The notes beneath the pieces were generated by a model that saw only the letters and a program-made list of their open reading frames with translations, ran no database searches and was not told the origin of the DNA. The position numbers and the translations under genes were made by a program. A stretch of DNA of 64,000 nt from assembly GCA_043228905.1 (NCBI GenBank), contig JBHGNT010000018.1, positions 5,828,001 through 5,892,000 of the forward strand, read 5' to 3'. This DNA is from Azolla caroliniana. Taxonomy: Eukaryota > Plantae > Polypodiophyta. Each line of letters opens with the position of its first letter. Positions within the stretch are counted from its first letter, which is position 1. Shown piece by piece: positions 38,873 through 51,641 of this stretch.

Positions 38873-41800
38873 AATGGCTTTCTCATACCCTCGTTTCAAC
38901 GGAGAAATCGATGTTGTGAGCCACATACCTTTGTTCCTCAACGTCTAGAAGGTCAACCACATGGCGCAACAGTTTCCAGAGGCCGAAGCCCACGAATCGA
39001 AGATCGCCGAGTTTAGGCTAACCTTGGATGGTCGAGCTGCGTGCTGGCAATCCCAGATGGATTTAGTAGCAATCACAACCTTCTACCAACTGCAATCGGC
39101 GTTCTTGTGCTTTTTTCATCGGAGGGTTCCACAACGTGAAATTATCTGTCAATTCTATACCATCAAGAAACTTCCAAAAGAATCCGTAGCGGATTTTAGT
39201 CTGCGTTTCCAGAGTTTACGACGACAACTCACACAGGCCCTGATAGACGATGACGCCAAGGAGATGTTTTTGGCAACCTTACGACGACCTATCAGGATGA
39301 CACTGACCACGCACAATGTGAAAGAGGAGACGACGGATATGGTTACTGAGCAGGCGTTACAACTCGAATTAGAGGAGGAAGATGAAGGACTATCCATGCC
39401 ATCGCTCCGGTAGGCGTTGCCTGAAGACGAGTAATATCGATTCCGCCAGGCCATTCAATGCACAAGAGGAAGATGAAGGACTATCCATGGCATCGATCCA
39501 GCAAGCATTGCCTCAAGACGAGGAATATCGATTCTGCCAAACCCCGACAGACAAGGAGGCCAAGGAGACGTTTTTGGCAACCTTACGACGACCGATCAAC
39601 GCGACGCTGACCACGCACATTGTGAAAGAGGAGATGACGGATATGGTTATCGAGCGGGCGTTACAACTCGAATTAGAGGAGGAAGAGGAAGGACTATCCA
39701 TGGCATCGCTCCGGTAGGCGTTGCCTCAAGACGAGGAATACCGATTCCACCAGGCCATTCAATGCACAATCTGCCTAAACTCAGGACACTTTGGAGTGGA
39801 TTGTAACATGCGGATACATTGCCCCATTTGCCATTCACGGGCACATACGGTGGATCCGTGCGAGTATAATATGCTGAATAGACCCACTCTGACAGTTCGC
39901 CGCATGGAACCACAACGACAATACTGCCGTAACGACCAGGGCCGAAAGATGAGCGTTACTGAAATATAGAACGACAACAGATGACGGAAACACAATTCCG
40001 TAACCATCGTAACAGTGACCCGTATTTCGACGAAGAAGAGCAGGATGATGAAGAGTACCAGAATAATGACCGCTACAATCGGGGGAGCCGTCGCTATGAC
40101 AATCAACGTCCTACCAACAATCATGGAGGATCAATTGGGTTTCAATAGAACGACAGTAATCGCTAGACACGAGTTCAGAGGACGAATGGCGATAGGAGCC
40201 TCACCGGGAGTATCGCCAAAAACCCCGAAACCACTGACGACTCCAGCAAACACAGGAAGAGCAACCCACACCCCAGGAAACCGCTACACCGCCAGTAATA
40301 GAGAAAGGTGAATCCAACGTACATTGCTTCATGTGCCAACAACTAGGCCATTACGCGATGCAATGCCCACAACGTAACAAAGGCAAAGGCCCAACCATAA
40401 ATACCATCACCGCAGATGTCCAACAAGTCGCTACACGCAGTCAAGAGAGAAACACAGAATGGACAGAACAGGACGACATATGCAAGGTGGCTCAGGCTTG
40501 GGTAGAGAAAGAAAATGCGGCTAACAAGGAGTGAAGGAAGCAAGAATCGGCGAGTGTCAGTACGTAGAAGGAAGACAACGCATTATCACAAGACTCGATA
40601 TGGAAAATATTGGCGGATTGCGACATAACGTTGACCATGGATAACCTTCTTCGATTGGTTCCACGTTTCCGACAAGCAGTAGAGAATCAGGTGTGGGGCA
40701 CGACCGGATTAGAAATCTTGACCAGTTTCACATAAGCTAATACTGGCCCAGTAGTGGTAGATCACCACAACCCAGCCATCAAAATAGTCCTATGGGGCCA
40801 AGAAATACCTGGTTGCATTGTCGATGGAGGGTCTTGCATAAATGTTATCAGCATAAACATGTGCGCTTGATTGGGTATTGCCCCTTCTGGCTCCGTATGG
40901 CCGACACCCGTTCCGTTAGACCCCTTGGGTTAATTCAGACACTAGGAATTTAGTCAGGGGCCATCACTTTGAAATTTCTGTGGTAGTGCTTGCATTGGAT
41001 GCCTCGGGGGCATACCCATTTTTGTTAGGTAGACCATGGTCTACCAACATGGCCGAAGCAAAGTCCGCGTACCTACGCAAGAAACGGCGACACCAACCAA
41101 AGGCATAACACCATTATACGCCGAAGATATTAATATGTTGGAGGGATTAGAAGATACAGAGCTCGAAGCTTACCTCGACGAAAACCCACGTATAGTACCA
41201 CTATTCGAAATCGACGTACTCGAAACCGTTGCAGGGTACGCCCCAACAAGTACGTTTCAAGAAGAGGAGTACAAGCCTGATCCTGAGTCGATATTGGAGT
41301 TAAGCAGGGCACGAGAAGCATTCGAAAATGAAATGGAAATCTCGCATAGAGTCACCGCTTCTGCATTGGAAGAAGTCAATATTGGAACTGCGACAGTACC
41401 ACAACTACTCTCAATCGCTAAGGACCTAGCCCCAAGTGAGAAGACGGTCATAACAGAATTGCTCCGGGAATATAAGGATGTTTTCTCAGGGTCACATGAG
41501 GACATGAAAGGGTTGGGCCCAAAATTTTATCAGCGTAAGATCAATTTGTCCACCGATGCGAAATCTGTGCAGCAGCGACGATACGGCATGAACCCAAATT
41601 ACACGGCTCGCGTAAAAGAAGAAATTGACAAACTTTTGAAAGCAGGGTTCATTCGACTAGTGAAACAAGCCACATGGCTAAGTCCAATAGTTGTGGTTCT
41701 GAAGAAAAATGTGAAAATATGCATCTGCGTAGATTATCGTAAGCTAAACGCCGTCACAGTCACGGATGCATTTCCCCTACCGTTCATAGATAGCATACTA

Positions 41801-43423
41801 GATGCGGTTGCGGGCCATGACATGTATAGTTTTTTGGATGGTTTCAACAGATACAATCAAGTGCACATGCACCTAGACGACCAAGAAAAGACTGCGTTCA
41901 TCACGGCCTGGGGCGTGTTCATCGCCGTAGTAATGATGTTTGGTCTGAAGATGGCACCCGCCACTTTCCAATGAACAATTACAGAGATTTTCGGAGAATA
42001 TATACCTGCATTAATGCAGTTCTTTCTCGACAACTTTGCGGTGGATGGGACATGATGCGAACATTTAGTCCATTTACAGCTCTGTTTGGAACGCTATCGT
42101 ACATCCCGCCTCAGCCTTAATCCGGCCAAATGTGCATTTGGCGTCACCAACGGAGCACTTCTCGGTCATATAGTGAGTAAGCAGGGGATAGCAGTAGATC
42201 CTAGCAAAGTTAAGGCAATCATTGATGCGAAGACCCCGACTAATGCCAAAGCCCTTAGTCGCTTCCTAGGGCAAATACGTTGGCCCAACCGCATGTTACG
42301 ATACTTGCACGCCGTCGTACATCGGACATCGTTCAAGTGGACGGCCATAGAAGACAGAGCTACGAAGCACTCAAGATAATGTTAACCCAAGCGTCGGTCT
42401 TACAGCCACCAGAGTGGACTAAACCTTTTCATGTATTTGTAGATGCCTCGGATATCGCAATAGGTAGCGCATTGATGCAGCTCACAGAACCTAATTGGTA
42501 TTGACCGGTCTATTACGCCAGACGTAAGTTATCAGATGCCGAGCAGAACAACTCCACGACCTAGCGCGAAGCCCTAGGTATGATTTACAGCATAAAACAA
42601 TTCCGACATTATCTACTTGGATCGAAATTTACCTTCCACGTGGATCACGCGGCATTACTTTACCTGTTCAAGAAGCAGGTATTGACAAGGAAGTTGGCCA
42701 GATGGATGTTGCTGCTCTAGGAATTCGAATTTACGATCCAACACCGGCAGGGTACGCAACACGCCGTAACCAATTTCTTAAGTATACTAGATGACGGAGA
42801 TGATGCGGTAAGACAAGATGATGACTTTCCAAACACGGATATTCTGCTGGTCGCGACCTTGACATCACAAGAGGAAAGGAACTTTCTAGATCGCTGGCTA
42901 ATGGAGATGACTTATTTCTTGACCACGGGACCGCCACTACCACAGCTACGGACGGACGAAAAGAAACGATTGGCAGTCTGGAGTCGTAACTTCTGTCTAG
43001 TAGAGGGCATACTCTATCATAAAAGTAGCGATGGCATCTGGCAGCGTGGCATACGACATGATGAGAAGGAGGCCGTACTATGCAAGGCTCATTGTGGTAC
43101 GGCTGGAGGTATTACGCAGGCGATGTCACGACTAGAAAAGTATGGCAGGTGGGTCTTTGGTAGCCAACAACGCAAAAAGATACGCATTAGTATTGTAAAC
43201 AATGTGACCTTTGTCAACGCTTGGGACAACCTACTGAGATCGCAAGAATGCCTCACCAACCGGTGCTTCCGCTAGACCCTTTCCAAAAATGGGGTCTCGA
43301 TTTTGTCGGCCCCTTTACGCCGATAGCGGCACGTACAGGAAACAAATACATTCTCGTGGCCACGGATTATTGCAAAAAGGTGGTGGAAGCCAAAGCGTTA
43401 CGAGACAATACCACGGCATCCAC
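38873..43423 (+). pseudogene. gag-pol: Degenerate gag (3 CCHC knuckles), PR, RT, RH and 5' INT; no archaeal RH seen (Phygy/Selgy/Athila-like)
   Basis: CTICLNSGHFGVDC, CPICHSRAHTVDPC, C..CQQLGHYAMQC; IVDGGS; WLSPIVVV..CVDYRKLN..FPLPFID..FLDGF; FHVFVDASDIAIG; [13 protein letters not shown]. Confidence 0.92.
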
Positions 43424-46400
43424 GACTCCAACTATCACTATGAAGAAAAGAGGGTACAATCAGAGACTTGGAGGCAACAACCTCGAGCTCTATTTCTTCG
43501 CTAACTGACGGTTACAATAGAGTATTTCTCTGTATCTCACACTCTTTCTCTGTTTATCTCGCTCTATACCACAATATACAACAATAATAACAACACACAC
43601 ACAAAGTGATTGCCCTAAGTTATATTTATACTTATATGAACTTAGGGCTATTTACAAATATAGCCTCAATAGGCTTGCTCAAGACATATTTACAAATATG
43701 TCTCTCTTCCGGTTCTCACCGGTCTCCTCCGGCTTCCGAATCTCTTCTGGTTCTCACCGGGTCCTCTTCATTCATCACCGGGTCCCATCCAAAGAGACCG
43801 ATTTCCCAACAATCTCCCCCTTCACTCCGGCATGGGATGTCTCGTCAGCCCGATCCGCTTTCGACACGCGTCCAACTTGTCAGTTGTCAACACCTTGGTC
43901 AACATATCCGACCCGTTTTCCTCCATGTGGATCTTCGTCAGCACGAACTCTTGATCTTCTAGCCTCTCCTAGATCTAGTGGTACCTCCGGTGGATATGTT
44001 TCGTCTGGGAATGGTAGGTGACATTCTTTGCAAGGTGGATGGTGCTTTGACTATTGCAGTAGAGCCGGTAACAATCGGCAACGGTTCGGTTTGAACCGAA
44101 CCGAACCGCGAAACTGCGGTTTAACGGCTTAACGGTTTCAACGGTTCGGTTCGGTTCGGTTCAGGTTTAGGTTTTTTTTAACGGTTCGGTTCGGTTTCGG
44201 TTTGGTTTCAGCAGTCAAAAACCACGGTTTAAACGGTTTTTAATTTTCAATTTTTTTAATTTTTAAAAAAAAATTTAAAAATTTTGAAAAAAATTCTAAA
44301 AAATCTTAAAAATTGTTTTTAAACAATCTTTTCATTTTTACTCTTATTCTCACATTTTAGGAACATCTTAAAAATTTTAAAAATTCTAAATAATGAAATA
44401 TTATAAATTTAAAAATAAAATAAAATAAATTTGACCTATGTTGAAAACCGAAACCGAACCACGAAACCGCGGTTTTTACAGTTTGAAAAATGTTTAACGG
44501 TTCAGTTTAAAGGTTTCGCGGTTCGGTTCGGTTCGGTTCAGGTTTCAACATTTTTAAATGGTTCGGTTCCAAACTGGTTCAGTTTGGACCCTCTCAAACT
44601 GAACCGAACCGAACCGAACCGTTGCCGATTGTTAAGACCCGGTATTCCTCCTGTTGGATCCCTAGCTCTCCGATGAAGTCCTTCGGCCAGATTATCTCCT
44701 TGCCAACTTCTACAACTGCCATGTACTCTGCCTCCGTGGTTGACAATGCAACCGTCTTCTACAGCCTCGACTACCACGAAATAACTGCCCCTGCATAAGT
44801 CAAGACATATCCGGATGTCGACCGGCTAGTATCTACATCAGTCGACATATCCAAATCCGTGAAACCATCGAGTTGGGGTTTTCCGAAGCCAAACCAGAGG
44901 CACATACTCGAGGTGCCTTTCAGATAGCAGAGTATCCTCTTGACCGCGTTCTAGTGCTCTCCTCCGGGATTGCTCATGAACTGGCTCACCACTCCGACTG
45001 CATATTCGATATCCGGCCGGGTACATACCATCGCGTATATCAAGCTCCCGACGACAGAGGCATATGGTATCTTCATCATATTCGTCTTCTCCGCCTTTGT
45101 CCTCTGGCTTTGTCTTCCGAATAACTTGCAGTTTGCCGGAAGTGTCGATCCGACCGGTTTTGCCTTCGACATGTTGAATCGTTGAAGCACCTTTGTCACA
45201 TACTTCTCCTGTGACAACCACACCAACTTCTTCAACCGGTCCTGGATGATGTGCATTCCCAATATCTGTCTTGCCGGCCCCAAGTCTTTCATTGAGAAGG
45301 TCCAGTTCAGAGGCTTCTTCAACACCTGAATCTTGCCTTGGTCTCCTCCGAAGATCAACATATCATCAGCATATAAGAGGAGTATCAGGAAATCTCCTCC
45401 GTCAAATTTCTTCACAAACATGTAGTGACCGGCTTGCGTTTTGTGGTACCCTTGGTTGTTCATGAAGGAGTTGAACTTCCGGTACCATTGCCTGGGAGCT
45501 TGCTTTAGTCTGTATAAGCTCTTCTTCAGCCGGCACACTAGGTGCTCCTTCCCTTTCCTCTCAATTCCTTCCGGTTGATGCATGTAGATCTCTTCTTCGA
45601 GGTCGCCATGGAGGAACATCGTCTTCACGTCTAGTTGCTCTACCTCGAGGTCTATGCTTGCCGCTATGCCCAGTACTATTCGAATGGATGTCATCTTTAC
45701 TACCGGGGCAAAGATCTCATCGAAATCCACTGCTTTCTTCTGCTGGAACCCCTTCACCACGATCTAGGCTTTGCATTTCGGTGGGTTTCTTGCATCTCCC
45801 AGTTTAATCTTGTACACCCACTTGTTCCAGAGTGCCTCTAACCTTTGGGCAACTCCGTCAGTTCATACGTGTGGTTCTCATGCAGAGAATCCATCTCATC
45901 CTACATGGCACTCAACCACTTGCGGCTGTGGATGTCTCTCTTTGCTTCTTCGAGGGTTTCCGGCTCCCCCTCATCGGTTAGCAACACATGCTCTGCATCC
46001 GGAAATCTCCGGGGGGCTCTTCTCTCTCGGAAACGATATCTCCGTCCTTGGTTTCTAACTGCTGGTTCCTCCATTTGTTCCTGATCCGAATCTGATTCGG
46101 GATCTTCTCCGGTTCTGATGTCTTCTTCTTCTTCTTCGGTCGGTTTGGTGTCTTGTCCATATCCGGCCGGTTCGTCGTCCGGTTACCTACTAGCGTCTGG
46201 TGCTCAACCGGGTAAGTCCTTGTGTCCTCAAGCCGGTTTTCATTGAATGATCCAGAGTTCATCACCTTCTTCTCCAACTCCTAGTCGGCAATGGTCCTGT
46301 CTTCCATGAAGACTATGTCCCGACTCCGGAACACCTTCTTGTCGACCAGATCCCACACTCGGTAACAAAACTCATTATCACCATATCGAAGGAATATGCA

Positions 46401-48937
46401 TGGCCTGGACTTCAGATCCAATTTTGCTCTCTTGTCCTTTGCGACATGCACATATGTGAGACACCCGTACACCTTAAGATGTCGGTAACATACATCTTTA
46501 CCGGTCCATACTTTCTGAGGTGAGTCTCCTCCCAAGGGGACTGAGGATGATCTATTTATCACATAGATCGTCGTTGTTAGCGCCTCAGCCCAAAACATCT
46601 TGGGTAACTTGGCAGGTGTGAACATGCTCCGGACTCTCTCCATTATGGTCCGGTTCATCCTTTCGGCCAGCCCGTTTAGTTTCGGCGTCTTCGGCACAGT
46701 AACCTCAACCCGGCTTTCCTTCGACTGACAATACTCCTCAAACTACCCCCGGTATTCTCCTCCGTTATCTGCTCGAACTGCCTTAAGCTTCTGGCCGGTT
46801 TCTCTTTCTACTCTCGCGTGGAGCTCCTTGAAGACGGATAGCACCTGATCCTTCGTCTTCAATGGTGAGACCCACAATTTCCGGTTGTGGTCATCTATGA
46901 ACGTCACGAAGTACTGCTTCGGTTTTGCTTGCCAGCCAAGCAATCGGTTCACTTCTCAAGTTACACGTCCTTCACTGGAATGAGGTTGTCTTCGGCAGGC
47001 CTCCTCATCCCCTTCTCACTCATGTGACATAGTCTTGTGCCACAACTCATCGGCAGTGTCGGATGTTACATTCACTTCTTCTTAGCATATCCGTGCATTC
47101 ATCAAGTACAATGTGTTGATCTTCCGGGCTCGAGCCACTATCATGCTTCCCTCGTTGAACTTCATAACCCTGTTCCGGATGCTACCCGTGTAGCCTTCAT
47201 CATCCAACCGACCGGTTGATATCAGGTTCAGTCGAACCTTCTAAACCTGTCAGACATCCTTCAACAAATATTTGCATCCGGTTGATGTCATCAATAACAC
47301 ATCTACTATGCCGATAATTCGGCATGTACCTTCATTCCTCATCCAGACACAACCATGATCACCAGTTGTGTAGGATGAGAAGCATTTCCGATCCGGTGTC
47401 AGGTGGAATGACGCTCCAGAATCGACAACCCACGTTTTCTCTTCGCCGAGAAGGTTTAACTCATTTTTTTCGGTAATGAGCATCAGTTCTTCTTCACTTG
47501 TCATGATTGCTAATGTTCCCTTCCGATCCAGCCCTCTCCGGTCCGAACCGTTTTGGTCCGAACTCTTCTTCGAATCAGTAGTGCAAGTTTCTTTCTTCTT
47601 CCAGAAATGCCGACAGTTCTTCTGGAAGTGCCCCAACTTCCCATAATTGAAGCACGTGGGCCTCTCCCCCTTGACTTCGACCTTGTCCCCGATTTGTCCC
47701 GGTTCTTTGGATTCCGATGCCGGCCTCTTCCCGAGTTGTGGTCATCTTCCATGACCAAGGCCTTCGGATCGGTTCCGAACTCCTAGTCCTTCCAGCGAGC
47801 TGCTTCATCTAGCAAGCTTGATTTTACCCTTGCTAGGGACAATTGTTTTCCTTCCGGCCCCCCATTGCCCAACGTGACAACTAACGTCTCCCAGCTATTC
47901 GGGAGGGAATTGCGCATGAGCAATGCGAGTACCTCATCAGCAAGAGTTACTTCCAACGAGGTTGCTTGATGTATCAGACCTTGGAAGGCATTCATGTGCT
48001 CCACCATACTGGAGCTGTCCTAGTAGTAGAGCCTCACTATCTTCCGGAATACCGAAACCCGATTAACGACATTCTTGTTCTGGAACATGATGCCAATCTT
48101 CTCCCAAAGTTCATGAGCCTTGCTTTCTTCATTGAAGTTGTTGTATAGGCTCATGTCGATGAAGCACCAGATGTATGTCGTTGTCTTCATGTGCATCACC
48201 AACCACATTGTGGTGTCGATCTTATTCGGTCTCTTTGTCCCCGAACTGAACCGACAACCAAAGATCTTTAACCACCAGCATATCCCTCATCTTCGACTTC
48301 CACACTGAGTAGTTGGAGCCGGTGAGCTTGAACATGCCGCCGAACGATTCTTCCATTTCCTGGGTTATTTGATGTGATACTAGTTTGCGAGGAATAGCAC
48401 TGAATACTGCTCCACCATGACTTGACCAAGTCTTGAGTTGTTTCGATAATAGTGCAACACAGGAATGGGAATAGATGTACACACAAAATAGAGTACACAG
48501 GATGTTTACCTGGAAAACTCTGAATGGGAAAAAACCACGGGAGCCCACAGACTCCAACTATCACTATGAATAAAAGAGGGTACTATGAAAGACTTGGAGG
48601 CAAGGACCTCGAGCTCTATTTCTCCGCTAACCGGCGGTTACAACAGAGTATTTCTTTGTATCTCACACTCTCTCTTTGTCGCTCTCGCTCTGTACACCAA
48701 TATACAACAACAATAACAACACACAGATAAAGTGATTGCCCTAAGTCATATTTATACTTATATGAACTTAGGGTTATTTACAATTATAGCCTCAATAGGC
48801 TGCTCAAGACATATTTACAAATATGTCTCTCTTCCGGTTCTCACTGGATCTCCTCCTTTTTCCGGATCTCTTTCGGTTCTCACCGGGTCATCTTCATTCA
48901 TCACCGGGTCCCATTTGGAGAGATCAATTTCCCAACA
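43424..48937 (-). mobile_element. Ty1/copia element 'B3' (5' LTR 48386-48937; truncated 3' LTR 43424-43811)
   Basis: Homologous LTRs; PPT rc CTCCCCCTTCACTCC after 43811; degenerate PBS ~48371-48382; gag, PR, INT, RT (44951-45760) and RH. The left end was removed by a deletion. Confidence 0.92.
44069..44634. mobile_element. hAT-type MITE
   Basis: 23-bp TIR TAACAATCGGCAACGGTTCGGTT; 8-bp TSD AGAGCCGG/AGACCCGG; subterminal AACCG/CGGTT arrays; AT-rich core. Confidence 0.9.
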
Positions 48938-51316
48938 ATGTCAATACTTACGGAATGCCAAAACAAAAGGCCGGCATCATCATTGACACATTCGAGGGAT
49001 GTGTTGTCGATTGGGGAGTAATCACGGGGCCAACACTAACGGAAGGCTTACTCGCATATCAAGCCGGGAAGAAGCTACGGCCGATTATACAACAATACCT
49101 CACCGTACTTGTTTCCACCTAGCAGACTTCCCACCCCCGTGCTAAGCAAACCTACGCCTCCGCCACGATCCGCGAAACAGCGGTTAGTGGAACTAGCAAC
49201 AATGGAATGGGAAGAAGAACCTCAACCTGCCAACTCTGCCATACAACCGATGTAGCCAAAACAACCGACCCGGAGCGTCGACGTGCTGACCACAACGAAC
49301 GAGCGGGAACTAGAGCCTACCTGCGGAAGCCCCAGGCCCAAGCGTGGAAGGCTAGATCGAAAGGATGGTCGCGGACTGGTGAAGGATACAACAACGCCAA
49401 CCAAAACGTTCGCCCCCACCAAGCACACAACTATATTGGAGTTAATTTGCAAGTCGCAGTCAATCATTATGGCCCAGTCTCACCGAGGCAAAGGCTCACT
49501 AAAAGCAGAAAGCAAAGTCCTGAAATATCCGGACATTCTGAATACAGCCCATGAGTTCAGCGCACTATTGCAATTTGGAACGACATATGAACTCATGGAA
49601 TTCTTGGCGATGCAACAAATCAAGGTGTCCTAGAGAATGGCCGAAGAGCACGTTGAACAACAAATGATTGAGCGGGCGCTGATAGGAATGGCGGAAAGCA
49701 AGGATGACGGCCCACTACCCAAGGTGGGCAAGCACCGTAATGCCGAGGTTTCCCATATGGGGATTGAATTACCTCCATTGAATACGGCTTTAGTCGAAGG
49801 GCACAGAAAGTTGGCGAAAGTCAGTTTAGGCACCAAGGATATGGCTATTAAAAATAAAAATGTATGGAAGATAGTCAAGCTGACTCAGGATCAACTACAT
49901 AATGTAGCGGAACGCATTGCACAATTGGAGGTCAATACAACTGCGGCGGAACAAATCCCTAGACCTACCCCCAATGATAACAAGTTGATGACTTTATAGG
50001 AGGAGGTTGAAGCTCAAATTGCCATAGCCGTAAAAGAAAAAAAGGCTACGTAGTTAGCCGAGACCGAGATCGACCAACTCCACGCAAAACTCCGCTAGTC
50101 ATCAAACAGAGAAGCGGATATCAGGGCAAAAGGATGAAGGGCGGTCAAAGCACTTGAAGATAAGCTCGAGGTAGAGATAGCAGCACATACCAGCACAAAA
50201 GAAGAAAGGAGAAAGCTGTAGGAGGAAGCAAAGAAGACAGAGGTTGTCATAACGGGGTTTCGCGAGTTATTGGAAAAGAAGAAAGCATGGTACGACGAAC
50301 AACTCATGCATGAACGTGAACAGACGCATCATGTAGAAGTCTGCCACAACAATGAAATGGGTTGGCTCGAAGAACTACACTTAAAGGAGTGCCAGATATG
50401 GGCAAAGATGAAGAGTTGCTATGAGGAAGTGACAACGAATAATAAGCATAAAATCGAAAACCTCAAGAAGGCCCTGGACTAAACACAAGCCCACTCCCAA
50501 ACACTAACAGACAATGTACGCGTCCTCCTTCAAACAAATTGTGAGCGGTTTACAATGCAGTTGAAAGCAGCGTTAGATAAAGGATGGGCGGCGTGGACTG
50601 TGCAAGTAGTGAAATTGCGCATCTACTGGGCAGACTGGGAGAACTAACGCAAAGAAGGAAGAGGCTTCTATAAGCTAAATGAGGAAAGCATTGCGGCGGT
50701 ATGAGAGGACCTCGCGCAGGATTATCGAACTCTAGCCGTCCAACACTCTGAAGAACTCACGCAACTTCAAGAAGATTTCGGGGAAAGTCAAGAAGACATC
50801 TTCTGCCAGCTAATGGAGATTGGCAACAAGAACCAAAGGGCGGATGAATTGAAAAGGGCGGAAGAAATAACAATGCAAGACATCGACTCCACCGAACAAA
50901 AGGAGCCCCAGCCTAACCCAAATGACGGACCTGAGGTAACAACAACGCCAAGAAATCCCTCGGAGGATAGAGGTATAGAAGAGCAACGACCCAACGACAG
51001 TCTACGCCAAAAAGAGCCATCACCGGACCCACAAAGGCAAGTCCCAGACAACGTACCAACTGAACCAGCCCCGACCACGCTATGTGAAGAGGATAACACG
51101 GAAACCGACACACCGACCAACCGTACCAACGAAGCACCTACGGACATCACGCCGTCTCCGGTGCATGGTGAACGAACAAAGCCGCGTGAAGTGGACAACA
51201 TGGAAACCGACGCAACAGCCAAGCGTATCAGCGAAGCACCTACGAACATCACGCCGTCTCCGATGCATGGCGAACGAATGAAGCTGAACATCTTCGACAT
51301 TTTGGGAGATGAATAG
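48938..51316 (+). pseudogene. Degenerate 3' extra ORF of G38 (charged, coiled-coil-like region followed by a P/T/E-rich tail)
   Basis: Consecutive + strand ORF pieces (49283-49633, 49637-49999, 50270-50482, 50813-51316) broken by TAG/TGA stops; ends 50 nt before the 3' LTR. Confidence 0.7.
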
Positions 51317-51324
51317 GAAGAGGA

Positions 51325-51364
51325 TGGGTTCGACGTGCCATAGCATTGTCCCACAACTGTGCCA
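51325..51364 (+). other. tRNA-3'-end-like motif at the PPT position
   Basis: TGGGTTCGA-cgtgccatagcatt-GTCCCACAACTGTGCCA, 2 nt before the 3' LTR; homologues at 19842-19892 and 2538-2577 (reverse strand). Confidence 0.8.
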
Positions 51365-51493
51365 GGTGTTGTCCGCTGGAATTGTAACCGCCGGACATAA
51401 CGCATGGAAAATAGAGTATTATATTAGAAGCTTTAAAGTAACGTGTGTAACGGTCTACGCAGGGAGCGTAACCGATTAGAAGCCCTGTGTATA

Positions 51494-51641
51494 TAAGCGG
51501 TGAAAGACCACTGTAAAGAGCTAGCGTATTTTGGGAGTGTCGTTTTATTATAATTCTATCTTCTCTTTAAGCGGTGAAAGACCACTGTAAAGAGCTAGCG
51601 TATTTTGGGAGTGTCGTTTTATTATAATTCTATCTTCTCTT
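51494..51641. repeat. 74-bp tandem duplication in the G38 3' LTR
   Basis: TAAGCGGTGAAAGACC..CTATCTTCTCTT occurs twice, accounting for the 442 vs 516 bp LTR lengths. Confidence 0.95.

Noticed and set aside
51304-51328. Canonical PPT for G38
   Set aside because: It is purine-rich but interrupted, lies ~40 nt from the LTR and is not evident in the two related elements; kept only as an alternative explanation.
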